DNA of 64,000 nt from Octopus sinensis (taxonomy: Eukaryota), in NCBI RefSeq assembly GCF_006345805.1, contig NC_043018.1, positions 25,482,001 through 25,546,000 of the forward strand. The letters run 5' to 3'. Positions 54,217-64,000 of the stretch are shown piece after piece. The notes under the pieces are model-generated. The model searched no databases. It was not told the origin of the DNA and saw nothing but the letters and a program-made list of their open reading frames with translations. Every line of letters starts with the position of its first letter. The first letter of the stretch is position 1. The position numbers were made by a program, and so were the translations under genes.

Positions 54217-56416
54217 TTAATCTGAATATTAAAGGATTAAATATTGTAAATGTATTATTCTGAGATGTTACAGACAGTATCGGTGAACTACTCAGTATTC
54301 TAGTAGTCTTAGATTTAGCCATTCCATTGTCAGTGCCAGTGACTAACAAACAAAGAATTCCTACAAGGTTTGGAAGCAGCTCCATGACCTTTTATTTATT
54401 AAAAAATTTTTTTTCAGAAGCGACAATGGTTGTTCAGAGTGTTATTCTACACAACCGAGATCCTCAAAGTAGCTGCTGTTAGCAGTTGCTTTCTGAATGT
54501 ATTTGGTAAGATTCAGGAGTTAGCTTGGTTGATATACCACATCAGAGTACAGTTTAGTAGGGGCATTGGTGGCCAGTTCAATAAGAGACATGTTATGGGT
54601 CAGGTATTCAAGCAACTTATATGAGGTGTATGCTTGGGAGATTGGCAAAAGTTCTTTGGATATTCTGGATCCTTGCCTGGCTACGGAAGAGCAACATTAC
54701 TGGTTTATTGGGATGTCCTTCGTCAGCAGGTCAAGAATCCATTTCCACAGCAAATACCTGAAGCTAATATTTTATCCCAACCAAGGCAGCAAGCTGGCAG
54801 AGTCGTTAGCACACCAAGCAAAACCCTTAGCAACATTTTGTCCGTCTTTACGTTCCGAATTCAAATTCTGCCGAGGTTGACTTTGCCTTTCATCCTTTTG
54901 GTGTCGACAAAATAAATACCAGTTGACCCTTGGGGTTGAAATTATTGACTTACCACCTCCTCCAAAATTGCTGGCCTTGTGCCAAAATTTGAAACGTATT
55001 TATTCCTGCTCAAACATGGATGCTCTATTAGAACAAGTTATACTTCAGTAGATGCCATAAGAGAAACTATCAAATTAGCTTTTGGTGTAAAGCGAACTCT
55101 TGTTTATATTGCTAGCAGGGGAGATAATCACTTATCATAGGCACGAGTACAGCTGTGGTTAAAACGCTCACTTCGCAAATGTGGTTTCAGGTTCATTGTC
55201 ACTGCACAGCACCCTGGGCCAGTATTTTCTACGATACTCTTGTGTCAACTAATATCAACCATGTGAGTGAATTTGGTAGATGGAAACTCTGTGGAAGCCC
55301 ATCATATATGTATGTGTTCATCCCCCACAACCAGTGTTGGGTTTTTTATGTCCCCATAACTTAATGGTTTGGCAAAAGAAATCAAGAGAATTTAACTAGA
55401 TTAAGGACCTAAAGTACTTGACTTTTTTCATGAAAATGCTATTTAGTTGAAGCTGATATTGAAGCTCATCAAAGGAAAATGGCTGAATTAGTCCAGAGAT
55501 TTAGGAAGATTTTTTTTTATCCATTGTTTGGTGACAGATTTCCCATTGAGGAACACCTGGTGTGGAACTTTGTTCTGGTGGTTTACTGGGATCGATGGCC
55601 TGTTGAGTTTTTGGATGAAACCACTATCTTATGATTGTAGGTCCAACATCCTAACCACTAAGCCCCGTACCTTGATAAGCTTAAAATCTTGGAGATGAAA
55701 TACAGGACCATCTGTTTTCCTAAAGTCAAATCATTAGAATGGAACTTGTGGCCAGAGTGATTGCAAAATTAACTGCAATATCCATGGAATGATATTGGAT
55801 TGAAGGCAGTGACTTCAAGACCTGCTTCTAGATCTAGTAATCTTAGGGCTGATGAAGATGATTTCAGGGTTGTGGACTCCTCTCCATTGCCCACTACTGT
55901 TGTTTGGGATTTCAGACCAGCTCTGCTTTCAATCCCACTACTACTGGGCATTATGCCATCATACTGAAATTATGTCATGCGCCTTAATGACTGAATGTCA
56001 GAGCATTAAATGTTTGATTATAGTAAACATGAAACTGTGTTGCTTCCAACCTCACCACACTATATTTTAGTGTGGCTCAATGGTTAGAACGTCAAGCTTA
56101 CAATCACGAGGCAGTGAGTTCGATTCCCGGACTGGGCTGTGTGTTGTGTTCTCAACTGTAGAAATGAGTTGTGATGTCACTGGTGTCAAGCTGTATCAGC
56201 CCCTTTGCCTTTTCCTTGGATAACATCGGTGGAGCAGAGAGGAGGCTGGTATGCATGGGCGACTGACTGCAGGTCTTTCATAAATCAACCTTGGCTGGAC
56301 TTAGGCCTCAGAGGGTAACACTCTAGATGCAATGCTATAGTCATACATGATCGAAGGGGGTCTTTATCCTTTACTTTAGTGTGCAAGTATAGCCTCAAAC
56401 AAATGCTATATCATAT

Positions 56417-56908
56417 CTGTAATGACATGCATAAAATCTGGTCATCAAATCTAAGTAGAGACTTCAAACTTGAAATCTTCAAAGCCACAGTTGAACCAAT
56501 TCTACTATATGGCTCAGAAACCTGGACGTTATCAAAGAAGCTTGAGAGGCGGTTGGATGGAACCTACACTCGCCTCCTTATGAGAGCTCAAAATCTCTCG
56601 TGGAAACGCCATCCAACCAAAATGCAAATATATGGGAAACTACCACCTGTGTCATCTCTTGTGAAAGGTAAGAGAGTCCAGTTTGCTGGACATTGTTGTA
56701 TAGCTGAAAATGAGGCAATTTCTACTCTTCTCCTCTGGAAGCCATCTACTCGCAATACCAGAGGGCACACACTCTCCTACCCTGATGTAATCTCCAGGGA
56801 TACAGGCATCCAGCAACAGGACCTCCGTAATGCCATGATGGACCGTGAAGTCTGGCGTAGCATGGTAAATTCTATTGTCTCAACCACGGTCGAACAATGA
56901 TGATGATG
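56417..56908 (+). mobile_element. 5'-truncated RTE-clade LINE with open C-terminal ORF, (TGA)n tail and 9-bp TSD
   Basis: FKATVEPILLYGSETWTL...QFAGHC...DREVWR to stop, then tgatgatgat. ATATCATAT at 56408-56416 and 56909-56917. Confidence 0.9.
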
Positions 56909-57279
56909 ATATCATATTTGGTGTACTTGGTGCTTGGATTAATGTACAGTAGAACCTTGGTTTTCGATCAACTCTGATCACGAATAAATTGTACTTTATC
57001 TCCTGTCTTTCTCATATTCATTTAATACAGTAGTACCTTGATTTATGAACTCCTCTGATCACAAATAAATCATGCTTTATATATATCTATATCTCTATAA
57101 CGCATGATTTATTCACAATCAGAGCTTCTTACCACACAGCCATGCCTGCACCTATATTTACAAAGCTAATCATTCTTTTGAAATACTTTAGAAATTAAGA
57201 AAATACATAAAAGTCTCTCCTGTATTGTTGCAGTTGTCATTGTTTACTTGTAGGTCAACTCTGATCAACGCGTTTGTAT

Positions 57280-57710
57280 GGGTGTGTGAATAGGGCTGAT
57301 ACACAACCACCCAAAAGACTGCTTTACAGTGAACCGATAAAAGGCAAGTGCACAAAAGTTGGACAGAAAAAGCATTTCAAAGCCTCACTGAAGTGCTTTC
57401 AGGTCAACTTCAGCACCTTGGAAAACACAAGCACAGGACTGCTCTGCCTGGCATAGTTGTACCAACAAGAGTGCTGCCTCTATATGAACAAAACAGAATC
57501 ACAGGAGTACAAAGAAAACGTGAGCTGTGCAAGTCTGGAGCCAGCTTCTTGCCTTCCTTTGCAGCAGACTACCAGTACCTGACTTGTGGCAGAGCCTTCT
57601 GAACGGGCATCAGCCTGATTGGCCACAGCTAGCCACACCAGGACCCACCTAATTCTCCCATGTGATGTCCTTGGTTATTACTGACAATGACAGAAGAATA
57701 ATATTATTAT
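57280..57710 (+). mobile_element. Decayed RTE/BovB-like LINE 3' end
   Basis: PKRLLYSE...GQKKHFK and a terminal xxTCGRAF...I.LIGH zinc-finger-like relic, followed by an (AAT/ATT) tail. Confidence 0.7.
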
Positions 57711-58507
57711 TATTATGAAGGCATGGAGGCGCAATGGCCCAGTGGTTAGGGCAGCGGACTCGCAGTCGTAGGATCACGGTTTCAATCCCCAGACCGGGCA
57801 TTGTGATTGTTTATTGAGCAAAAACAGCTAAAGCTCCATGAGGCTCCGGCAGGGGGTGGTGGTGAACCCTACTCTACTCTTTCACCACAACTTTCTCTCA
57901 TTCTTTCTTCTTGTTTCATTGTACCTGTATTTCAAAAGGCCAGCCTTGTCACACTGAATCTCCCTGAGAACTACGTTAAGGGTACACATGTCTGTGGAGT
58001 TTTCAGTCACTTTCACGTTAATAAATGAGCTGCGACATCACTGGTGCTAAGCTGTATTAGCCTTTGTCTTTCTCTTGGATAACATCTGTGGCATGGAGAC
58101 GGGAGGCTGGCATGCATGGGTGACTGCTGGTCTTTTATAAAACAACCTTGCCCAGACTTGTGCCTCGGAGGGTAACTTTCTAGGTGCAAGTCCATGGTCA
58201 TTCATGACCGAACAGAATTGTTAGCACGTTGGACAAAATGCTTAATAGCATTTCATCCATCTTTACATTCTTTCCTACTTTAGGCAGCAATGCTTTATAC
58301 AAGAATGTTGTTAGTAACTTTGAAGTCTCAATGAGCTAAGCCATTGTCAGACAGCCCGACAATAAATAAATGTATATATACACACACACACATTATATAA
58401 TAAATTCAGGGTGAATACTTGATAAATGTAAGCACCTGTACATGCCAGCTAGTGGTATAGGTGATAGGATATATGTATCAAAAGAAAAACAGGACGCAAA
58501 GGATTTT

Positions 58508-58594
58508 GCGGTACATATGTTTCGGGCTTTATTGAACAACTTATATCAATGCATAATTGATATAACAGGTAGATCCAAAGCCTTCTTCAGCCGC
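58508..58594 (-). ncRNA. Minimal type-I hammerhead ribozyme (antisense twin)
   Basis: Mirror copy on the minus strand with the same core. First stem-II pair is A.C rather than A-U. Confidence 0.72.
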
Positions 58595-58670
58595 ATACAA
58601 TTACCACACCAAAGACTTTTTTCTGAAACCTGCTATAATGTGATACATGTCTTTGGTGTGGTAATTGTAC

Positions 58671-58757
58671 GCGGCTGAAGAAGGCTTTGGATCAACCTGT
58701 TATATCAATTATGCATTGATATAAGTTGTTCAATAAAGCCTGAAACATATGTACCGC
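58671..58757 (+). ncRNA. Minimal type-I hammerhead ribozyme
   Basis: Stem I GCGG/CCGC, core CTGAAGA (58675-58681), stem II AGGCTTT...AAAGCCT with inner TTATATCAAT/ATTGATATAA hairpin, GAAAC-ATAT-GTA. Predicted cleavage after 58753. Confidence 0.8.
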
Positions 58758-59398
58758 AAAATCCTTTGCGTCATATATATATACACACACACACATATAT
58801 GCATAAATATAAGCATACATCATCATCATCATTTTAGGTTTGCTTTGCATGCTGGCAGATTAGATGGTTCTCAGGTATTTCTTATTGGCAGACCCTGTCC
58901 TCAGAAGCTGGTGCCTGTTTTCTTATGGCCAGACGCCCTTCCAATCACCAACCCCTAACATATTGACAAAAGCATTAGTGAAACCATAACAGATGAAGCA
59001 TCTATTGGCTGTGGCTGAGTGGTAAGATGTTTGCTTTCCAACCACGTGATTCCAGGTTTAGTCCCACTGTGTGGTACCTTGGACAAGTGTCTTCTGCTAT
59101 AGGCTCATGCCGAACAAAGCCTTTTGGGTGGATTTCGCAGATGGGAATCGAAAGGAGCCTGTCATATATGTAACTGCACGTGTGTTAGTCTCAGGCTATG
59201 TTTTACAGTGGGATTTGAACTCAGAACATAAAGAACCAGAAGACATACTACTGAGCATTTTGTCCAATGCTCTAATGATTCTAATTAAGTTCCCTTCCTT
59301 AATTGACAATTAGTAAGAAAATAAAGAAGCAATTTTGATTTTTTATCCTTTTTCTTTCTAATCAAAAATAAAAAATCCAAAATATCATTTTGAGATAT

Positions 59399-59404
59399 TT
59401 TATT
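59399..59404 (-). promoter_or_regulatory. Candidate poly(A) signal of DDX41
   Basis: AATAAA on the minus strand (plus TTTATT), about 125 nt after the stop codon. Confidence 0.5.
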
Positions 59405-59529
59405 TTATAAAAATATAATTTATAATATTGAAAAGTGTGTAAGTTGTAATATGGGCAGGAGACACTTTTATCTCCACCAATCCCCACCGTACACGTATAA
59501 CATACTCTCTCTCTCTTTCTCTTCAAGTT

Positions 59530-59666
59530 TTACCAATCAGCAGCGTTGTGTGCCAGATAGTCTCGGCGTCCAATATTTTGAGCTTGTTTGGTCTGAAGTG
59601 CTTCCAATTTCGGACAGTCTGCAATACGATGACCCAAACCACCGCAGTAGGAACAACCAATTTCTC
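59530..59666 (-). CDS. DDX41: DDX41/abstrakt terminal coding exon with CCHC zinc knuckle
   Basis: Minus strand tttgcag|GA GAA ATT GGT. (G)[44 protein letters not shown] then TAA. [18 protein letters not shown] is the DDX41 C-terminal knuckle. Absent from the ORF track. Confidence 0.95.
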
Positions 59667-60846
59667 CTGCAAATATAATTTTCATAAAGAAAAAAAAAAA
59701 AGAAAATTTAAAACTTTATTAAAGATGCGAAAGGAAGGGGTCCACCCAAGTCGCCAAAAGTCATGCAAATGGGGAGCAGGAAAAATTTACGAAGGAGAGG
59801 AAAGTAGCAGTGAGGTTTGAATGTTGAAGAGCTATCTCAGTTTCTAGTTTGTTGTGCATGGCTGGTTAATTAATCAGGGGTATCTACAACCAATACAGCA
59901 AATTATAATATCAATGTTTGCGGAACTAGCATGTTAGCATCGAGAACAGGGCATGACCATCCATTATTACAAGAAATTAAATAATTGGGTTAAACATTTT
60001 TTTCTACTCTAGGCACAAGGCCTGAAATTTTGGGGGAGGGGGCCAGTCGATTAGATCGACCCCAGTATGCAACTGGTACTTAATTTGAACTCAAAACATA
60101 AAGACAGATGAAATACCTATTTCTTTACTACCCACAAGGGGCTAAACACAGAGGGGACAAACAAGGACAGACAAACGGATTAAGTCGATTACATCGACCC
60201 CAGTGGGTAACTGGTACTTAATTTATTGACCCCAAAAGGATGAAAGGCAAAGTCGGCCATGGTGGAATTTGAACTCAGAACATAAAGACAGATGAAATAC
60301 TGCTAAGCATTTCGCCCGGCGTGCTAAAGATTCTGCCAGCTTGCTGCCTTAATGGGGTTAAATATTGGCACAGGGCCAATAATTTTAGAGCAACAAGAAC
60401 AGGTATCTGATTACATGAAATCCAGTGCTCAAATGGGATTTGTTTAACCAACCCATTTGAACTTGCAGTGTGATGCATGCGCACACACAGTTCTTTGGTG
60501 GAAAATTGACGGAACCATCTGATGTGCTCGATGGTTCTCAGGGCTCTGATATTGAAGCTGAGAAATCCTCTTTGAAAGCTGAGTACGTAACTGGTACTGA
60601 ATTTAATGAACATCTGGCCTTTATTGTTTGAGATGTAATGGTAAGGAAAGACACATCTCTTGTTTGTATAGATTAAGATACAATGAAAGGAGAGAGAGAG
60701 AGAGAGAGAGAGACCTAATCTCAATGACAAAGGAATGTACATATCTGGTCTCAATGGTTCCAAATGTAATGAAGGGAGAAATTTAGCTGATTTTAAAGGC
60801 TCCAGATGTAAACACAAAGGAATACTTGCAACTTGCCTTACAATAT

Positions 60847-61075
60847 ATATTTCTTTATTGCCCACAAGGGGCTAAACATAGAGGGGACAAAGACAGACAA
60901 AGGGATTAAGTCGATTACATCGACCCCAGTGCGTAACTGGTACTTAATTTATCAATCCCGAAAGGATGAAAGGCAAAGTCGACCTCAGCAGAATTTGAAC
61001 TCACAACGTAATGGCAGACGAAATACGGCTACGCATTTTGCCCAGCGTGCTAACGTTTCTGCCAGCTTGCCGCCT
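60847..61075 (-). mobile_element. tRNA-derived SINE family B with Meta/MESC-like core. Other copies: 3291, 3719, 6441, 8490, 10258(-), 21770(-), 23320(-), 30945(-), 37900, 44062-44890, 54783, 60000-60352(-)
   Basis: Head ggcggcgagctggcagaaacgttagc...gagttcaaattc, core gccgaggtcgactttgcctttcatcctttcggggtcgataaattaagtaccagt, two alternative tails. Core-family naming is from recall. Confidence 0.88.
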
Positions 61076-61760
61076 TACAATATAATGGCAAAGGAATAAA
61101 CACCTACACCTAGTTTGCAAGGGAAGATATCTCTGTTTTTAGACTCAGTGGCTCCATTTGCCAATGAAGAGGAGGGATATATCTGTCTCTATAGAATCAT
61201 ATCTAATGACAAGGTGAAATCAAACCTAGTCTCAGTGTATCCAGATGTCATGTGTGGTTGGGTTTTTTTTTTTAGCTCCGGTGGTTTCAGCTACAATGTG
61301 GTGTTGTGAAAGGACACAAGTCTAGTATTTGTAACTAGAGACAGAATGACAAAGGAATAAATATCTCTTAGTCCCTGGTTCCACTTGCAAGGGAGATTCG
61401 GAAAGAGAAATACATCTGTAGATTCTGTGGATCCAGATGTGAAACATATTTTGAGGAGTGGAAAGAGTTTCATTTCGTGGCAGTACAAACAGAACAGGAA
61501 CACACACACACACACAAAGATAAGCAAGAACACACGCACATACAAAAGCAAACAAGTATATGCTCACACACATGCACACATAAAGACAAATAAGACTACA
61601 CAGACACAAACAAGAATGCACTTACACACACACACACACACAGACAAAAATACAGACACACAAGGACAAACAACACTACACACAGACCTACATAAATATA
61701 AGCCGGAAAACTCACAACACAAACACAGATACATACAGACATACATAGAAAAAGACTTAC

Positions 61761-61871
61761 CTCCAATGTCCAGGTATTTCTCACTCTCAGACTGCAACGT
61801 AGCCAGGAATGGTGCCACTTTCTGTTTGGCTTCCATCAGTAAATGTTTCAGATCCAACAGAATTGATTTAT
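61761..61871 (-). CDS. DDX41: DEAD-box RNA helicase DDX41/abstrakt, penultimate coding exon
   Basis: Minus strand gttacag|AT AAA TCA...GGA G|gtaagt. (D)[36 protein letters not shown] matches the DDX41 post-helicase segment. 111 nt, phase 1-1. Confidence 0.93.
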
Positions 61872-62104
61872 CTGTAACATGGAAATGGTTGTTAAATAAA
61901 GATTAAATTTATGTACTTGCATATATATATATATATATGTACACATGCATACATATACATACTACACTCTCGGAGTGGTTGGCGTTAGGAAGGGCATCCA
62001 GCTGTAGAAACACTGCCAGATCTGACTGGCCTGGTGCAACCTTCGGGCTCCCCAGACCCCAGTTGAACCGTCCAACCCATGCTAGCATGGAAAGCGGACG
62101 TTAA

Positions 62105-62149
62105 ATGATGATGATGATGATATATATATATATATATACACATACATAC

Positions 62150-62214
<65 letters not shown>

Positions 62215-62468
62215 CATATATATACATATACATACATATGTATATATATATACATATATATATATATACATATACATACATACATATATATATATACATA
62301 CATATATATATATATACATATACATACATATGTATATATATAAATATATATATATACACATATACACACACATATATATATACAAATATATATATACACA
62401 TATACACACACATATATATATACACATATTCACACAGACATATATATATACACACATCATCCTCAACA

Positions 62469-62516
<48 letters not shown>

Positions 62517-62687
62517 ATATATATATAATATATATATATACATATATGTGGTGTTGTGAAAGGACACAAGTCTAGTATTTGTATATATATTTGTATGTAT
62601 ATATATATATATATATACATACAAATATATATATTTATATATATATACACATAAACACACATACATACACACACATCATCCTCAACA

Positions 62688-62743
<56 letters not shown>

Positions 62744-62760
62744 GACATACACACACACAC
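62105..62760. repeat. Compound (TA)/(CA)/(TACA) microsatellite field in a DDX41 intron
   Basis: Direct reading. Confidence 0.95.
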
Positions 62761-63666
62761 ATCCTCTTCCTCTTCACCTTTTTTACATGCTGGCAAATCT
62801 GGGAGCTGTTAAGACTTCATTGTTCGTTTTGGAAAGGTGGATACAACAGGATACCCTTCCTAATACCGTCCTTTACAGGGTGTACTGGGTGTGTTTTATG
62901 TGGCACTACTCAACCCCACTCAACTGGGAGGGTGGAGTAGCATTGAGTAGGGAGGTGGGGTAGCTTTGTGCCAGTTGAGAGATTTAAGGTAGAGAGGAGT
63001 GACAGAGGTAAGTGTTTTGCTGTAGAGTTGTTGTTGTTCCTTCTCGAGCCATGCCTGGCTCATAAGGGCCGGTTTCCCGGTTTCTTGGAGTATAGGTTCC
63101 CAACCTGGATGGGACGCCGGTCGATCGCAGGTGAGCTGCAAGATGCAGGAGGAAAGAGTGAGAGAAAGTTGTGGCGAAAGAGTCAGCAGAAGTTTTGCCA
63201 TTACCTTCTGCCGGAGCCGCGTGGAGCTTAGGTGTTTCGCTCATAAACACGCACATCGTCCGGTCTGAGATTCGAACCCACGATCCCTCGACCGTGAGTC
63301 TGCTGCGCTAACCACTAGGCCATGTGCCTCCACTTGCTGTAGAGTAGTTACATAGAAACTCCAGTCGGAAAAGAAAAGGGAGTTAGAGAGTAAGATAAGG
63401 AGAGCGATAGTGTGAGAGACAATGGTGAAGATGTGTCAGGACACACCTGCAAGGGACATTGTAGGTGGTGAGAATAGGTTCCTGTGTTTGAAGTGGGTTT
63501 TAGAGACTTGCTTTAACAAAAGCTAAGGGGTTTCTCACTCCCAGTGGTCTTCCAGCACACCAGACACCAACCCATGCTAGCATGGAAAGCGGACGTTAAA
63601 CAATGATGATGATGATGACACACATCATCCTCAACATGTCAGTGTGTGTGTGTGTGTGTGTGTGTG

Positions 63667-63970
63667 TGGAGGCGCAATGGCCCAGTGGTTAGGGCAGCGG
63701 ACTCGCGGTCGTAGGATCGCGGTTTCAATTCCCAGACCGGGCGTTGTGAGTGTTTATTGAGTGAAAACACCTAAAAGCTCCACGATGCTCCGGCAGGGGG
63801 TGGTGATCCCTGCTGTACTCTTTCACCACTCTTTCTCCCACTCTTTCTTCTGTTGGCCTGCTCGCTTAGCCAGCGGGGTGGCATCATTTGAAGGCTAAAA
63901 CAACGCAAATGCATTGTGACCAGCGATGTGTAACAACATCTGATGGTCTGGTCGGTCACGTGATCACTAT
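63667..63970 (+). mobile_element. tRNA-derived SINE family D. Related heads at 57723(+) and 63020-63335(-)
   Basis: ggaggcgcaatggcccagtggttagggcagcggactcgcggtcgtaggatcgcggtttc tRNA-like head followed by a non-tRNA body. Confidence 0.85.
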
Positions 63971-64000
63971 ATATATAGTCGCCATGATATATATATATAC

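Larger units (their letters stand above)
58493..58772. mobile_element. Fold-back element with 124-bp arms and 32-nt spacer, Penelope-like terminal-repeat sequence
   Basis: Arms 58493-58616 and 58649-58772 are reverse complements with 3 mismatches. Each carries a hammerhead core and AATAAA. Followed by (TA)n/(CA)n. Confidence 0.85.

Noticed and set aside
931-55860. Other CTGATGA/CTGAAGA motifs (about 933, 13812, 27303, 41033, 55848)
   Set aside because: They lack a stem II followed by GAAA and closing stems I/III.
54155-55951. Short ORFs in unique-looking intergenic blocks (MELLPNLVGILCLL..., ...LDLEAGLEV...)
   Set aside because: No recognisable domain, consistent splice pattern or continuity after removing SINEs.
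59470-59580. CCAAT boxes and CpGs suggesting a promoter
   Set aside because: Explained by the DDX41 terminal exon and 3' UTR on the minus strand.
63667-63745. tRNA-like sequences, here and at other SINE heads
   Set aside because: A and B boxes are present, but there is no closing acceptor stem and each continues into a SINE body.

Overview
AT-rich, microsatellite- and SINE-dense animal genomic DNA. The repeat content points to a coleoid cephalopod, probably Octopus (inference from repeat families, not proven). Two convergent genes are present. (1) On +, the 3' two-thirds of a PP2A B55 regulatory subunit gene (PPP2R2/twins): five conserved coding exons between 20602 and 46411, a textbook U12-type minor intron (37039-38324) and an unexplained in-frame candidate exon (19576-19701). 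Its N-terminal exons were not found and probably lie left of the window. (2) On -, the last two coding exons of DDX41/abstrakt (61761-61871, 59530-59666), which the ORF track missed or only partly caught. Introns and the intergenic gap hold several tRNA-derived SINE families, RTE LINE fragments, a decayed piggyBac with matching TTAA MITEs, Tigger/pogo and hAT remnants, and several dsRNA-forming inverted repeats. The most striking unexplained structure is a young 124-bp-arm palindrome (58493-58772) with a complete minimal type-I hammerhead ribozyme on each strand, of the Penelope-like kind. An older fold-back with decayed hammerhead-like cores and the same layout lies at 7744-8031. Repeat coordinates are approximate; exon and ribozyme coordinates were counted by hand.
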